From contig OX597826.1 of the NCBI GenBank assembly GCA_951406725.2, positions 41,788,001-41,852,000 on the forward strand: DNA of 64,000 nucleotides, read 5' to 3'. Shown in pieces: positions 1 through 14,722 of this stretch (the first letter of the stretch is position 1; each line of letters starts with the position of its first letter). The position numbers and the translations under genes are program-made. A model generated the notes under the pieces. The model ran no database searches, was not told the DNA's origin, and saw only the letters and a program-made list of their open reading frames with translations. This stretch comes from Octopus vulgaris. Lineage: Eukaryota.

Positions 1-1660
1 TGCATGATATTCAGAAATTGACTTGTAAATTTGCAAGGTCGTAATCAACAACATGGGCAAAATTATTAAGGATCATGTACTTAAAAAGTGTATACGGGTG
101 GTATATCAGAAAGATTGGATGGAAGTTCTTTGCATACACTGGATCTTTGTCCAGTTTGAAGAGAAAATAATCTTCGTTTTCCACCAGATTTTTGGGGTAC
201 TTTTTGTCATTATGCACTTCTTCGTCAGCACAAGAATCTATTTTCGCATCAAAAGTTCAAAGTACTTATTTCTTCTGTGAAAATGTTATGCAGTTCAATG
301 GCCTTACCGGTCTTAATCGTGTTGATGCTTATACTGGGCTCTTCGATAATAAACTGTTAAGTCAATTCAGAGGTTTGGGAGTGATTTACTCGACCTACTT
401 TTGGCCATGGCTGTTTAATGGTGCATTTCCCATAGAGTAGCAGTTCTGAAATGGTTGCTGGTGATGGTATACTACTGCGGGGTAGGGTTCGATGGATTAA
501 TCGGATGAAGCTTTACACCTTTCAGTTGATTTTTTCTGTATCTGTTGTCTCAACCAGATTACATCACTTCTGCTGTTGATGTTGGGTCTTTCGCCTACTT
601 CAATGATACTTTCAACCAAGTGATCAGACTCATAGAGCAGTTGGTATTTCTCCTACAGTTTGGTAATTTGAGCATCAAGACCCGGACGTATTGAATGTAG
701 CTGCCTCTTTAGATATTCTTGAGGACTGCTTGGTGCACATATTTGTGGAATTACCACAATTCTTGACAAACTTCCTTTTTAGAGATGGACGACTTTTTAG
801 AAAAGGACAATTTCGTTTCTAGAGACGAACAACTTCCTTTCTAGAGATAGACAATGTTTCTTCCTAGATCTTGAAAGCCAAACCATTTCGCTTACCTCAA
901 GTTGAATTTTCTTCGGAAAGGAAAAGTAACTGAAAATGATTGCCGCATTGACTGTAACGCTGACGGGACGATATTGGGTCTTAGCAGTGAGTCCAAGAAT
1001 AGATTCTTGTTTAATCCATTGATCTTGTGGCTTACAAACACGATTCCAAAGTTTTACACCACCGAGGAACTTCGATTGTTTGGCATCTAAACCAGACACA
1101 TATGGCTGTTTTCAACCCATGATTGTATTGCATCTCCTTCAGTGTTGTTGTTGGCCTACCCCCTTGCGTGCTGTGACTACTGATATCTTCAATCACAATC
1201 TTCAGTAATACGAATGATGGTATTTCAGACATGTCTAGGGGGCGTGAACGGCCGTTTGTAAACTGAGGTAACGGTAACTCCTCGGCGCCCAATGACTTCA
1301 TAGTTATTTTTCTCTCTTTGATGTTGGTTTGGTGATTTCCCAGTGTTTTGGTGGGATAATGCTATCACATTTTTCGTGTAGTCTGTCCGTGGGGTGGTCA
1401 TACCTTCCACATTAGGGCGAGAGATTTTGGTCCATGGTGGGTTTATTGTGGACAGAAAATATCTCAGTGATTATCTTTGTATAATCTTGCAACAAGTTCC
1501 TGGCAACAAGACAACTTTTCAACATTCCGAGATATAATAATTAGTGCTCGACATAAAGGCAGAAGTTACCTTTATTCTTGCTCCAAGTTGCGGGGCTTCT
1601 GGCATCTGTTAGTAATATTTAGTATTACTGGGTAGGGATAGCGACGTAAACATGAGACCC
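1..1660 (-). mobile_element. Decayed retroelement 5' region, probably the N-terminal ORF part of a Penelope-like element
   Basis: Minus-strand reading with stops and frameshifts gives SLLSKSPV*AST...TFSQKK*VL*TF...KNLVENEDYF, resembling the PLE N-terminal SLLSKGxxFxPT...FxRKxRL motif. A donor-like aag/gtaact lies near 1570, and the region abuts a (TACC)n tract. Confidence 0.4.
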
Positions 1661-1710
1661 CTACATTTAGTTACACAGTTACACACACACATACATATAT
1701 TAACAAACAC

Positions 1711-1785
1711 CTATCTACCTACCTACCTACCTACCTACCTACCTACCTACCTACCTACCTACCTACCTACCTACCTACCTACCTA
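1711..1785. repeat. (TACC)n microsatellite
   Basis: Direct reading of the sequence. Confidence 0.95.
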
Positions 1786-2253
1786 TCAGTACACACAGAC
1801 AAACACACGCACACACACATACACACATACATACGTACCTATATGAATTTCCTTTGTAACATTTGCTCTCCATCAAGCTGCTTACCTGATCACACTCTAA
1901 ATGACATTGACATTGTAATAATATATCATCGTAGCTTCTTTACTGTTTGCTGTTGTGGTGGTAATTACTGTTAATTATAAACTCAACCTTCTGATTGTTA
2001 AGCATTACTATATGTATATATACGTATATGTGTGTGTGTATGTAAATTTTTAATGTTACATATATATGTATGTATGCATGTGTGTATGTATATATGCATA
2101 CCATATGTTACATATATATGTATATGTATATACATACACACACGCACATATATATGTATAGGACGGATTCTCGGGTCGGTTTCGACGTATGAGGCTCCGA
2201 TAATGTACTCTCTCTTTGTCAGTCATAATGCTTATATCGAATGTAATATTTAA

Positions 2254-3472
2254 GTGCCACCAATGATTTGCAAAGGAAGTCACAGGTGTTGCAAGTATGA
2301 GGGTTACAGGTCAGTGCAGGTGGAATATTTGCAGCCGCTTTTCTCTTTTGCCATGCACTCCGACTTGAGAGAGAGAGGGGCTTTAAAAATCTTAAACGTC
2401 TTCAGAGACCACGTCTTCGTCTACACCACAAAACTACTCGTTTAGAATTTGCTCAGAATCACCAAACCCGGGATGTTCACAACTGGAAGAACTGGTTTTA
2501 TTCTCAGAAAAGAAGAAATTCAACCTTGATAGTCCTAATGGTTTACAACGGTATTGGCATGCAAAATACATTCTACCGGAAACTTTTTCAACGAGGCACA
2601 GTGGTGGAGGTTCTATCATGGTGTGGGGTGTTTTGTCGTACAGAGGAACTATGGAACTTGAGGTAGTGCAGGAGCGTCAAACAGCAGCTGGCTATGTTGG
2701 CATGTTAGAGTGCGCATCACTCTTGTCGAAGGCCCTCGTTTGTGTGGAGAGGGCTGGATTTATCAACAGGATAATGCTACAATCCGTGGAGGCGCAATGG
2801 CCCAGTGGTTAGGGCAGCGGACACGCGGTCATAGGATCGCGGTTTCGATTCCCAGATCGGGCGTTGTGAGTGTTTATTGAGCGAAAACACCTAAAAGCTC
2901 CACGAGGCTCCGGCAGGGGATGGTGGTGATCCCCGCTGTACTCTTTCACCACAACTTTCTCTCACTCTTACTTCCTGTTCCTGTTGTACCTGTATTTCAA
3001 GGGGCCGGCCTTGTCACTCTCTGTGTCACGCTGAATATCCCCGAGAACTACGTTAAGGGTGCACGTGTCTGTGGAGTGCTCAGCCACTTACACGTTAATT
3101 TCACGAGCAGGCTGTTCCGTTGATTCGGATCAACCGGAACCCTCATCGTCGTAACCGACGGAGTGCTTCCTCCTTAATGCTACAATCCATAATGCTCACA
3201 GGCCAATGGATTTCTTCAGAAGAAATAGTGTTCATCTTTTGAATCAACCCCCGTGTTCTCTTGACATAAAGCCCTTCGAAAAACTATGGAGATGGATGAC
3301 AAGAGACGTTTACAAAAATGGAACACAATTTGAGAATGTGGATGTTCTTCGCCAGGCAATCTTCATCCCGTGGCATAACATTCCAGATAATCGCCTGCAA
3401 ACGTTTGTGTCGAGTATGTCACAGCGAACGTTTGAAGCTATTCGCAGAAATGGTAGAGCTACTAACTACTGA
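2254..3472 (+). pseudogene. Tc3-like (Tc1/mariner) transposase pseudogene, split by a SINE
   Basis: Motifs [33 protein letters not shown][SINE]H, PPCSLDIKPFEKLW and [30 protein letters not shown] match the Tc3-type DDE domain. Frameshifts are present. Confidence 0.88.
2786..3174 (+). mobile_element. tRNA-derived SINE, family A (young, full length)
   Basis: tRNA-like head with A box (tggcccagtgg) and B box (gtttcgattcc). 14-bp TSD taatgctacaatcc at 2772-2785 and 3175-3188. Near-identical copies at 25618 and 44658. Confidence 0.95.
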
Positions 3473-3622
3473 TTCCCTTTGTTTACTATTTATTAATTGT
3501 CTTTGTATGCTATTCGTCATGATCTTAGAGTGTGTGTGTGTGGGTGTACATAAAATGGTGTGTGGTATGAGTATGGAGTTGAACATTGTGTATGGGTTTT
3601 TGTATAACGGTGTATATGGTGA

Positions 3623-3684
<62 letters not shown>

Positions 3685-3747
3685 ATATATGTATATATGT
3701 ATATATATGTATATATATATATACAAACAAACATATATATGTATGTA

Positions 3748-4345
3748 TACATTGAAGCGCAAAAGAAACGCAGTTTTTTCAAATGTCATTTTTATTCAGT
3801 AAATTCTGAAAATTTATTTAGAAGATGTAATTGTAAATATTACATTACATGCTGGTGTATGGCTGAGATCCAAATTGCAGGTAACCTTTCAACTTGCCCT
3901 GAAACGAGATGTCAAAACGCAGCTGCGTTGTATGTCGTGGGTGGCGGTCGCAAACAATTGTCGTGAAAACCGAAATGCACGTGCATCCCGAAGAGGTGCA
4001 TTATAGGTATTATTATCAACTTGAACCGCGTTTCTGACATTCGTAATTTGGATGCATCAGGTATGACCCGATTGTCAACAGCGCAGAGAGAACAAGCTAT
4101 CGGCCGGTTGCAAGCAGGGCAGCGTGACCTGGTTGTTGCGGACAACTCGTGTGGAACTGGAGATAGCTTTACTCAGGGTGTGGGCACAGGTGCCAATGGC
4201 TTTTGTGGACCGCTTCGTGCACTCCATGTACCGACGGTGTATGGCCGTTTTAAACACTCAGAGAGGGCATACACAATATTGAACATGTCACGCCCTCCAA
4301 TCTCGATGTGGTTGATCCGCCCACTAACAGAACATATGACAACGA
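3748..4345 (+). mobile_element. Internally deleted Tc1-like element remnant
   Basis: Tc1-type end (tacattgaagcgcaaaagaaacgc), N-terminal MTRLSTAQREQAIGRLQAG, then a decayed WPxxSPDLNPIEH-like motif (SRPPISMWLIRPLTEH). Confidence 0.65.
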
Positions 4346-4499
4346 CCCATACACTGTGGTTAACCTACATCCAAGAAATTGACTTTATCAGATTCATCAA
4401 AATTCATCACTGATTTATTGTATTCAGATGAGTGTGGCATAATAACCCATTCAGTCAGAGACGTGCAGCACCTAATATTTAAAATTAGCTAACAATAAC

Positions 4500-5650
4500 T
4501 TTAGATAAAACTGTTGTCATGTTTCAACCAGCTTCCAGACACTGTCCTTCAAAACAGAAGACCGAATGCTGTAGATAGATTTACATATCTTAGAAGTGTG
4601 CTGAATCGTGTTTCTTCTTTAGATCATAAAATAGCGGACCGTTTTCAAAAAGGATCTCAGTTTTTCAAGAGTCTTGAAGAGCGAGTTTGGTCTAATAGAG
4701 ATATTACCAAAAGTACAAAGGTTGCAGTGTACAGAACTTGTGTACTTTCATCCCTTCTTTATTCATATGAGACATGAGTGGTACAGAGGAAGCACCTCAA
4801 ATTACTAGAACGATTTCATCAGCGATTATTGCGCTCTATACTGAAAGTCAAATGCGCGAACAAAGAACCAGATTCTGAAATATTTGAGTGTGGCGGTGGG
4901 AATAGCATTGAAATTGAAAGTCACTGACACTGGCTTTGCCAAATTGGTTTTTGATAAGGGAACCTAATCAACGTATGCCCAAACGACTGCCATTTGTTCA
5001 GATAAAAGGAGCAAAGACATCACAGTGTAAACCAAAATAGCGTTTCAAAGATGAAATAAGTAGCTCTCTAAAGAGCTTCAATATGATGCATGCTAACTGG
5101 AAGGGTGATGTAACGGACCGACCAAAATGGAGGAGAAAATCTGAGAGCGTGCTGCCTTGTTCAAGGGTAATAAGCAGAAGCATGCACTGATAAAGGAAAG
5201 GATTTGCTATTGGCCAATGGTTGTTCCCCACTAACTTGTAATACCTGCAACTGTATTTGTCTCTTCCCAAAGCGGAAGCATGTATATGTCTTCTACTGAC
5301 TTTTCACATTTACAGTCAGCTGAATTAGATTGTTGTGTTGGGCAAAGAAATCTGCAGAAGTAAATCTGGATTAACAAAGCACAAAAAATGTCCCGGCAAT
5401 TTCCAGCAGTCTTTACAGTGAAGTGAAGCATTTTCATGTCGTCTGTGTTATACAGTTTTGTAAATCTCTTCCCGGACTAAGGAGTCATTCAAGGTCACAC
5501 AAATAATGATAAACTGTAAATATTCAGCTCCATGTTGCTTGCAAATCTGTGTGTTGTTGGTTTTTAACTAGTTTGGTGTCAATGTGTATGCAGTCTGTCA
5601 GTGCTGGAGTTGAGAAAAGTCATTCTCGATTAATGAGACGATAACCATCA
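4500..5650 (+). mobile_element. RTE-clade LINE, 3' part of ORF (RT thumb to C2H2 fingers), decayed
   Basis: VDRFTYLRS...VWSNRDITKSTKVAVYRTCVLSSLLYSYET*...KLLERFHQRLLRSIL, RFKD...DRPKWR, then CxxC...H zinc-finger remnants. A (CATA)n tract follows. Confidence 0.85.
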
Positions 5651-6117
5651 CTTGTGTATACATACATACATACATACATACATACATACATACATACATA
5701 CATACATACATACATACATGCATACACACATACATACATACATAGTCATTTTATATTCTGTTAAGAACGTAGTAGTGTACAGTATAAAGCTCGTCCACCT
5801 TCAAATTTCCCCCTGAGCTATCCAGTAATAGTATTATACGTACTTGCAGGTTTGCGTTTGGACTTCTGTCGTGTGTGAATAGATAATTGAAAAACATTTG
5901 TAGTCAACAAGAAAGAGAACAGTTTGATATTTATTTTCAATCACTACAATTGTGTCTATGCAGCCTAGTTCTCCGGGCATGCAGGTACTTGATTATGCAA
6001 CCGCTTACCTGCATTATGAGATCTAGTTGTGTTTCCTCAGGCGATATGTATATATTGTCTCCGCAAATTCAAATTTCGGCTTCAAGAGTATCTTCTGTGT
6101 CTGTCGTGCCTGAAATT

Positions 6118-6139
6118 AGTAGTAGTAGTAGTAGTAGTG

Positions 6140-6184
<45 letters not shown>

Positions 6185-6275
6185 TATATATATATATATA
6201 TATATATGAAAATATAATTATTGATAAATAATAATGCTAATAATAATAATAATAATATTAATAATAATAACAATG

Positions 6276-6341
<66 letters not shown>
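6118..6341. repeat. Compound (AGT)n/(TA)n/(AAT)n microsatellite
   Basis: Direct reading of the sequence. Confidence 0.95.
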
Positions 6342-6342
<1 letters not shown>

Positions 6343-6378
6343 GTGGCTGGCAAACATAAAAACCAAGAAGGTAAAATT

Positions 6379-7012
<634 letters not shown>

Positions 7013-7744
7013 ACTAGGTATGTATATACTTATTCACAAGACAGACTCACCTAAATAGTTTCAGATAATCATTTGGATTAAAAAAATATGACTAACTTCA
7101 GGATAATGTGCCAGGTATGTTATATACAAATCTCTATACACATCACTATTCAACGGTTTACATTCTGTTAATCTTACATCTCTTTATCCATATGGCGGCC
7201 TTGGCAACTGTAACAACGGCTTTAAGAGGGATTAATAACAGATTATTCTGTGATGTGGGACTTCGTTCTATCAAACCTGCTAAAATGACCTGATGGTTAA
7301 TTATTATTAACCTTGTAATTTATTACGGATTTGAATTATCAATGACGATTTCAGTTTGGAGAACACTTTTGCATCACGGTCTGCCTATCAGTATAGCGTA
7401 TGAAGCGCTGGTTTTAGGCAGAAACGTGAAACTTACTGAGAAAGATATTCCTTGTGGTGTATTTTGCAGTCCTGTTTCAGCCCTTCTGTATTTTGCAGGC
7501 CTCATATCCCACTCTGGCTTCAACTAGGACTTTCATTCCTGTGAGATCATTAAACACGAATTACTAATGAGATAGTAAAGGGTTCGTTAATCTATGCCAC
7601 AACCACCACCATCACCACCGTCATCGTCACCACCACCACCGTCATCGTCACTATTGTCGTCGTCATGGTCATCATCATCATAATCATCATCATCATCACC
7701 CCCCCTTCACTAGATTTTATTGTCTCAAGTCTTTGTTTTCATAA

Positions 7745-7940
7745 GGCCGGTTCACTCAGTTTCCAGTGCGTATCATTAATATACCCATTGAACGGGATTT
7801 CAAACCGTCGCAAAGTTACTCATTTGACTTGAGTAACGTGAAATAAAGTGTTTTGCTCAAAACAACGCACCGACCGACCAATCCAGGAATCGGAACATCG
7901 TTCTTGTAAACAGTGAGTTCAACAACTACATCACCACGCC
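7745..7940 (-). mobile_element. Old CORE-like SINE, family C fragment
   Basis: gtgaaataaagtgttttgctcaa...aggaatcggaac is homologous to 25372-25435. Confidence 0.65.
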
Positions 7941-8109
7941 ATGAGTCTTCACTGCCATCAGCGCAACCTCCCAAATTTGTGGTCTTTTCGCAGTATTATA
8001 AGGTGAGTAGGGATCATGGATTAGTAGTGCCGACTGAAAGTAGGGAGAAGTGCTGCTGCGTTTATTTCGGCTTTGAGTTATCAATAATTTTTAATCATAT
8101 CTGATATTA

Positions 8110-8300
8110 TTGTTTTCAAATTCTGGCACATGGCCAGCAATATCAGGGGAGGCGGAAAATCGATCACAGTATTCAATAGGTACTTATTTTATCGACTCTG
8201 AAAGGATGAAAGTTAAAGTCGACCTCAATGGAATTGGAACTTAAAGAGTAAAGATGGACGAAAAGCATTTTGTCCGGCGTGCTAACGATTCCGCCAGCTC
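8110..8300 (-). mobile_element. SINE family B, decayed
   Basis: Shares the family B core tatcgac(c)ccgaaaggatgaaaggcaaagtcgacctc...ccggcgtgctaacg. Confidence 0.8.
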
Positions 8301-8374
8301 TCATGTCTGATATTATTACAATTTATTTTGTTATTTCTGCTCAGATGGCTTCATAATTTTAGTTTATTGAAGGT

Positions 8375-8652
8375 TTTGTTTGTTCCTTCTCGAGCCATCC
8401 CTGGCTCATAAGGACCGGTTTCCCGGTTTCCTTGACGCCAGTCTGTCGCAGGTGAGCTGCAAGATGCAGAAGGAAAGAGTGAGAGAAATTTGTGGCGAAA
8501 GAGTCAGCAGAAGTTCGCCATTACCTTCTGCGGGAGCCGCGTGGTGCTTAGGTGTTTCGTTTATAAACACACACATCACCCGGTCTGAGATTCGAACCCC
8601 CGATTCCTCGACCGCGAGTCTGCTGCTCTAATCACTAGGTCATGTGCTTCCA
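8375..8652 (-). mobile_element. SINE with a family A-type tRNA head and a different 3' body
   Basis: Reverse complement starts gtggaagcacatgacctagtgattagagcagcagactcgcggtc, like the family A head, and ends in a tail not shared with family A. Confidence 0.75.
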
Positions 8653-8904
8653 CTTATTAAATGTAATTTTAAATATTTATCTTCGATGCAGCTTTTTTGC
8701 TTCTCTAAAATACTAATCAATACCAACCAATATTAGGATAAATTACTAAAAAGTCACGGCTATTAACTAATTATTAGGGCTAATTAACTAATTAACTAAA
8801 AATTGGTCTAATTCAATACCATTAAAAAATTAGGCCCAATAATTATGGGTAATGTACCAACGCTCAGTCTGGGTCCCGATTTCCCCTCTAGGTTTCTTTC
8901 TGTG

Positions 8905-9115
8905 GTCACTCCGATTTGCTAGAGATTTCAGTCAAACATTACTCAAACTGAACTTTATTGTCCTGTGAAAGAAGACATTTTAGACAATGTTATCCTTGAC
9001 AAAACTATGCTTCAATATATACTCTCCAAAAAGTGGTGATGGTCATGCTTGGAATGGCTTTGATGATAGGTCTACTGGACCAGAGCTGATTTGTGACTGA
9101 ACAACAAGAATACAA
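8905..9115 (+). mobile_element. Old SINE 3' part, family D
   Basis: tgctaga...tgat(c)ataggtct...cagagctga...aacaac motif is shared with 21375-21545 and weakly with 24150-24280. Confidence 0.55.
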
Positions 9116-9656
9116 CGAATAGACATATACTCTATTAACAACAACAAATCTCGTGGCAGGAATAGAAATAATATTTAATCAAAGTTTTTGGCTGAGAAGT
9201 TAATAATTGAAGATGTGTAACGTATTTAGTTGAATCACCAATTATTTCAAAGAAATAACCATTACCATTTACTTACTGGTGTGAAACTTTTTATGGCATT
9301 TCGTTTTCTATGGAACAGGTTTCAGTTTTCGTATCATCTTTAGCTCATCAAATATATATTTGGATAGAAGTGGTTGACGTTGTATGGAAGTGTGTCCGGT
9401 TGGAAAGATGTGCATCAAGTATTTAATATTCACGAAACAGAATAAAGGACACAATTCGATAAAGAGTTAAAACGTTTTCCCATTAACCATGAACAAACAA
9501 AAGCGGCCACCTCAGCTTTTGTACTGTTTGAGAAAAAGCAGAGTAGACAGTCAGTGAATCAATTAAGCAAACAAACCTGGTGAAGGTATGGCTACCAATT
9601 TTTAACTGGTTGGATATGAAAAGTGCTTAGTACTACCGTTGTAAGACTATTAATGC

Positions 9657-10190
<534 letters not shown>

Positions 10191-10875
10191 TATAAATATA
10201 TATACGCACACACTAATACTGTTATGATTGTGAACGAGAATTCTTTTAACCTTAGCAAAGTACTCGAAAGCATAGAGCCACAAACAAGATAGCGTATTAA
10301 AATATTACAAAATATTATAATGTATACCGTTATCTATTCAGTTTAAATCACTTATCAGTAAAAGAAGATTATATTAATAAGTAATTCGAAATATCTGAAT
10401 TATTAATTAACTTAATCGCTCGAGATACTGCTTACCGTGCTCAGTTTATCTGCTGATATAGAGTTAGTGGTTAACAGTTGAGGACTGTAGGACTGACTCG
10501 GCGTTAAAAATAAAAGTACTCTGCTTCAATTCAGCCTATGTGTGTGTGCGTGTGTTTATATACATATAGCATATATGTATCTATTTTATTATGGTAAATT
10601 AATGTTTGTTATGCCATTTTCCGTATAAAATGCTATTAAACATTAATCTAAAAGAATACTCAATGCATTGTAGAGTATATATTTATTCAAATTTATGAGG
10701 ATAAAATTTCATAGTGACTTCCAAGTTTCAGGTTACACACAGTCTGACGAAAGCTAGCATCTGAAACTTTGAAGTGATCGTCAAGCTTTTCCTTGGAACA
10801 GTTAATATGTTTGTGTGTGTGTATGTGTGTGTGTGTGTGTGTGTGTATGTGTGTATGCGTGTGTGTGTATATATT

Positions 10876-11109
10876 TACTATATAAAATCCGTTCTGTCTG
10901 TCTGCGTGTGTGTCTTCTGGGATCTCGAACATCCTCCATCCGATTGCGCTCAAATTTGATATGTAGATACCGACGGTATCAGGGCGTGTATAAAAATTAC
11001 AAAAAATCGATTCCAGATGAGAATGCGCTCGATAAAGCCGTGGGAACGTGCATTTGTACGCGCAAGTACATCAGCTGTTGCGATCGATACTACGCGTACG
11101 CGAGAAAAA

Positions 11110-11110
<1 letters not shown>
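10876..11110 (+). mobile_element. Non-autonomous Helitron/Helentron-like element (HINE-type), 5' part
   Basis: Starts tactatataaaa, then (tgtc)n and ccgattgcgctcaaatttg, the usual layout of non-autonomous Helitron-like repeats. The 3' end was not seen. Confidence 0.5.
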
Positions 11111-11161
<51 letters not shown>

Positions 11162-11167
11162 CATACA

Positions 11168-11198
<31 letters not shown>

Positions 11199-12029
11199 GT
11201 GTCTCTGTGTGTAAATGTGTATTCGCGCGTGTGTGTGTGCGTGTAAGCGTGTGCGTGCATAAACGCGGTTACAGAGAAAACTATGAACTATATTTCATTG
11301 GCGTGTTACTCTGGAGCTTCTATGGTGTGCATCTGCTTCTTTACATAACCCAAATTAAGATCAATACGAATTTATCTAAAAAAATTTAGTCGTGAATTAC
11401 TCAGCATAATTTGCTGTGTACTCGACATAATTTTCTCAGTACTTCTCAAACAAGCGTTTTGTTAATGTAATCGTCCGTCTAGTAACAGCGTGACACTGCC
11501 TATATCTAAAATAATTCTTCTAATTACATACACAGCAATCATCCTTGGGGTTTCCACACAGTTTCCACCTACGGAATTCCTGTTACAAGACTGGGATTGC
11601 CATGAATTTGATGCAACCGAGAAGGATCGATGTCAAGTATTTAATTATATTACACATGCACACACACACACACACACACAAGAACACACGCACACACACA
11701 AACATACACACATAGACACAGGGATGTTGAATTGCAACTAACCTGAATTCCAGTCGGGGGTGTCCTAAAATTAATATGACATTACTTATTGGAGAGAACC
11801 TATTAGATACAATATATATGAAATATTTATAAATTGTTCTATGTGGGTAGAACCGTGATGTTATTTATTAATTAACTACCCTCGCCCACCCCCTCACGTT
11901 CAAGAATCAAGGTTAATAATCGGCAAATAATTATTTAATGGTTGGTTGGTAGATCCGCACGCAAACATAAACATATCACACGAAACTATTGAGGGACATC
12001 CCTCATACATACGATAGCATTAAGAATGA

Positions 12030-12640
12030 GTCAATATAGCTAGCGTTTCAAATATAGCAAGCGAAGTAGAAACTTCAGCTAAGAGGAATGCCCTTATTAC
12101 ACTCAAGGATGTTAAACCCAACTGTCTGATTAAACCAGTTATATCAGAAATTTCACCGATGAAAAAGGATATATTAAGGAAGATAAATGACGAAATAATA
12201 AAGGCAATCCTTCTTTACGTATGGTATAACACCAGTGAAGTACTTTCCTGGTTTAAGGTGAGTCAGAGTAAAGGCAGAGCAAGGTTCACCTAATTGGATA
12301 TAGTGAGTTTTTTAACCGTCAACAACAAAATGGTTACTAATAAAGAATCGTATTTTCGCTAAGAAGTTTACCGTTAGCGAAAGAGAATAGGGGTGATAAT
12401 GTACTCCAGACAAAGTATGTTGTTCAACAAAGGTTTGTCCTAGGTCAAACAAACTGATCCACAAATCTCATTCGATGTGGTAATGGGAGCATTCGATAGC
12501 GCCGATATCTGCGACGTCATAGTATTATTTATACTTGACACCATAAGAAGAAATTCCCGGCAAACTGCTTTGGCCTATACAGGGATTGCACAGAGTTAGG
12601 AAACACCTCATTCGCATACTTAAATCCCTTGGACTTAAGG
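12030..12640 (+). mobile_element. Penelope-like reverse transcriptase remnant
   Basis: Decayed motifs ALITLKD, CLIKP, WYNTSEVLSWF, LDIVSF, SRQSMLF, FDVVMGAFDSADICDVI and GLYRD. Confidence 0.85.
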
Positions 12641-12834
12641 CAGTTCTATATTTAAAGATGAGGAATTATGTACATTATTTACATTTGACGGATATTTGTC
12701 CTCATCTTGTTAGAATCGAACTACACTCTTTGAAATTTGCACTAAGAAAAAGATAAAATTACTACCTGCTTTTATAGCAAGTTGATACAAGTAGTTTACC
12801 CCGTCCCTTTCCGACTTTTAGTTCATGCAACTGA

Positions 12835-12900
12835 AAAAACCTTGGACCGAACAAAGCCTTGTGAGTAGATTTGGTAGACGGAAACTGAAAGAAACTTGTC

Positions 12901-12987
<87 letters not shown>

Positions 12988-13670
12988 TGTATGTATGTAT
13001 GTATGTATGTATGTATGTGTGTTCGTGAGTGTGTGTTTGTATGTGTATGTGCTTGTGTGTCTGTGCGTGTGTGTATGCGTGTGTCACTTTCTGTCTATGC
13101 TTGTTCTCCAAAACCGCTTGAAAACGGTGTTGGTATGCTTACGTCCCCGCATCTTAGTGCTTCACCAGAATATGCCGATAGAATAAGTACAAGTCTTGAA
13201 ATAAAAAAAAGAAAAGAAATTTATATTTCCTGTTCGAAATATATAGATTTCAAAGAGACAACAAATCACTGATCCATAAAATAGAAAATTACTATTTGTA
13301 AATCTCTCAACGAGAAATATTCAACAATAGTACTCTAGAGTACAGATTATTTACCAACATATCATGGCAGTCCTGGTTTAGGACAAATGTTGCTGTAATT
13401 TAGCCCCAGGAGATATTGTCTCCAGCTGGCTATACAACACAATCTGTGTCCTTATATTTTCGAACAAGGATATTTAGCCCTCCCACTCAGCTCAAAACAA
13501 TAATACTACTCTCGTAACTTAGCAGTTCGGCAAAAGAGACCAATAGAATAAATATTAGGCTTACAAAAAATAAGTCTTGAGGTCGATTTCTTCGTCTAAA
13601 AGATCTCTAAGGTGGTGCTCCAGCATGGCCGCAATCATATGACTAAAGCAAGTAAAAGAATAAAAGAATA
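12835..13670 (+). mobile_element. Family E SINE fragments (12835-13200 and 13512-13670)
   Basis: gccttgtgagtagatttggtagacggaaactgaaagaa and the tail ggtgctccagcatggccgca match 9799-10190. Confidence 0.8.
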
Positions 13671-13889
13671 TTTATTCATATATAGGTATATGTGTGTGTG
13701 TGTATGTGTGTGAGTGTATGTGTGTGAATGTGTTTGTGACTGTGTGAGTGTGTTTGTGTATGTGCACATGTGTGTGTATGCGTGTGTGTGCGTGCGTGCA
13801 TGTGTTTGCATTGTCTGTGCGTTTCGATTGACAATCATTGTATCGCTTGAAAGACTATCAAAATGGCTGCAAATAATCTAGTAGCAACA

Positions 13890-14056
13890 CTATAGCTGTT
13901 TAGTCGGCGATATGATCTAAGGCTTCGAAGTTGACTATCTAGCCGGCGGAAAAAATACTATTAAGGTGGCCATTTAACCGGCGAAATTGCCTGACATTGT
14001 CAAGTTGGCTATTTAATCGGCGAAATAATCTGACGCTACTAAGACGGCTATTTAGC
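13890..14056. repeat. Degenerate minisatellite, unit about 39 bp, 4-5 units
   Basis: Recurring (g/t)tggctatttaa(c/t)cggcgaaat..ctgac...aag. Confidence 0.75.
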
Positions 14057-14372
14057 AATATGGTTTACTTAGTGTATTCTCCAAGGAGTTCCAAACAAAC
14101 ATTCTTAACCTAATTCCTTTTTTTTTTTTTTCTCAAAGAAATATTCCTGTCACTTTTACAGATGCTGGAAAAATTATACGCATATTTGTCTGGTTTGGAA
14201 AACCCTGTAATAAACAATGAACAGGAGTTTTGAAAGGGGTGAAGGAGTCTGCAGAAATATATAAAATAAGGGGCAATGTGTGAACTTTCTGAAAGAGGCT
14301 TAAAGGGTAAAGCAACAGTGAAAACATCTTTGACGTATATTGAGAACCCATTAAGAGTCACTATACATATAC

Positions 14373-14485
<113 letters not shown>

Positions 14486-14610
14486 CATATTTAGCTATTA
14501 GAGGATCACTTTTCAACCACTATATGCAACAATCATCATCTGCAATGATATGAATGTATGATGGGTAATTTGATAGATACACGAATTACAGTGCATATAT
14601 ATGTATATGC

Positions 14611-14722
<112 letters not shown>

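Noticed and set aside
2786-2865. tRNA gene at the family A SINE heads
   Set aside because: It continues into a shared 300-bp body with TSDs, so it is a SINE head.
2920-3123. Recurrent 67-aa ORF MVVIPAVLFHH in three places
   Set aside because: It is internal to SINE family A. Recurrence reflects copy identity, not evidence of coding.
7044-7105. Minus-strand CTGAAGT-hairpin-GAAA motif
   Set aside because: A9 is missing and there is no proper UH site or stem I. Possibly a decayed HHR, but unsupported.
10452-10500. tRNA-Tyr-like stretch (gaggactgtag)
   Set aside because: No T-arm/B box and no acceptor stem.
10741-10780. Hammerhead-like CTGACGA...GAAActttgaagTG
   Set aside because: GUG triplet with weak stems I and II. 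It cannot be told from chance.
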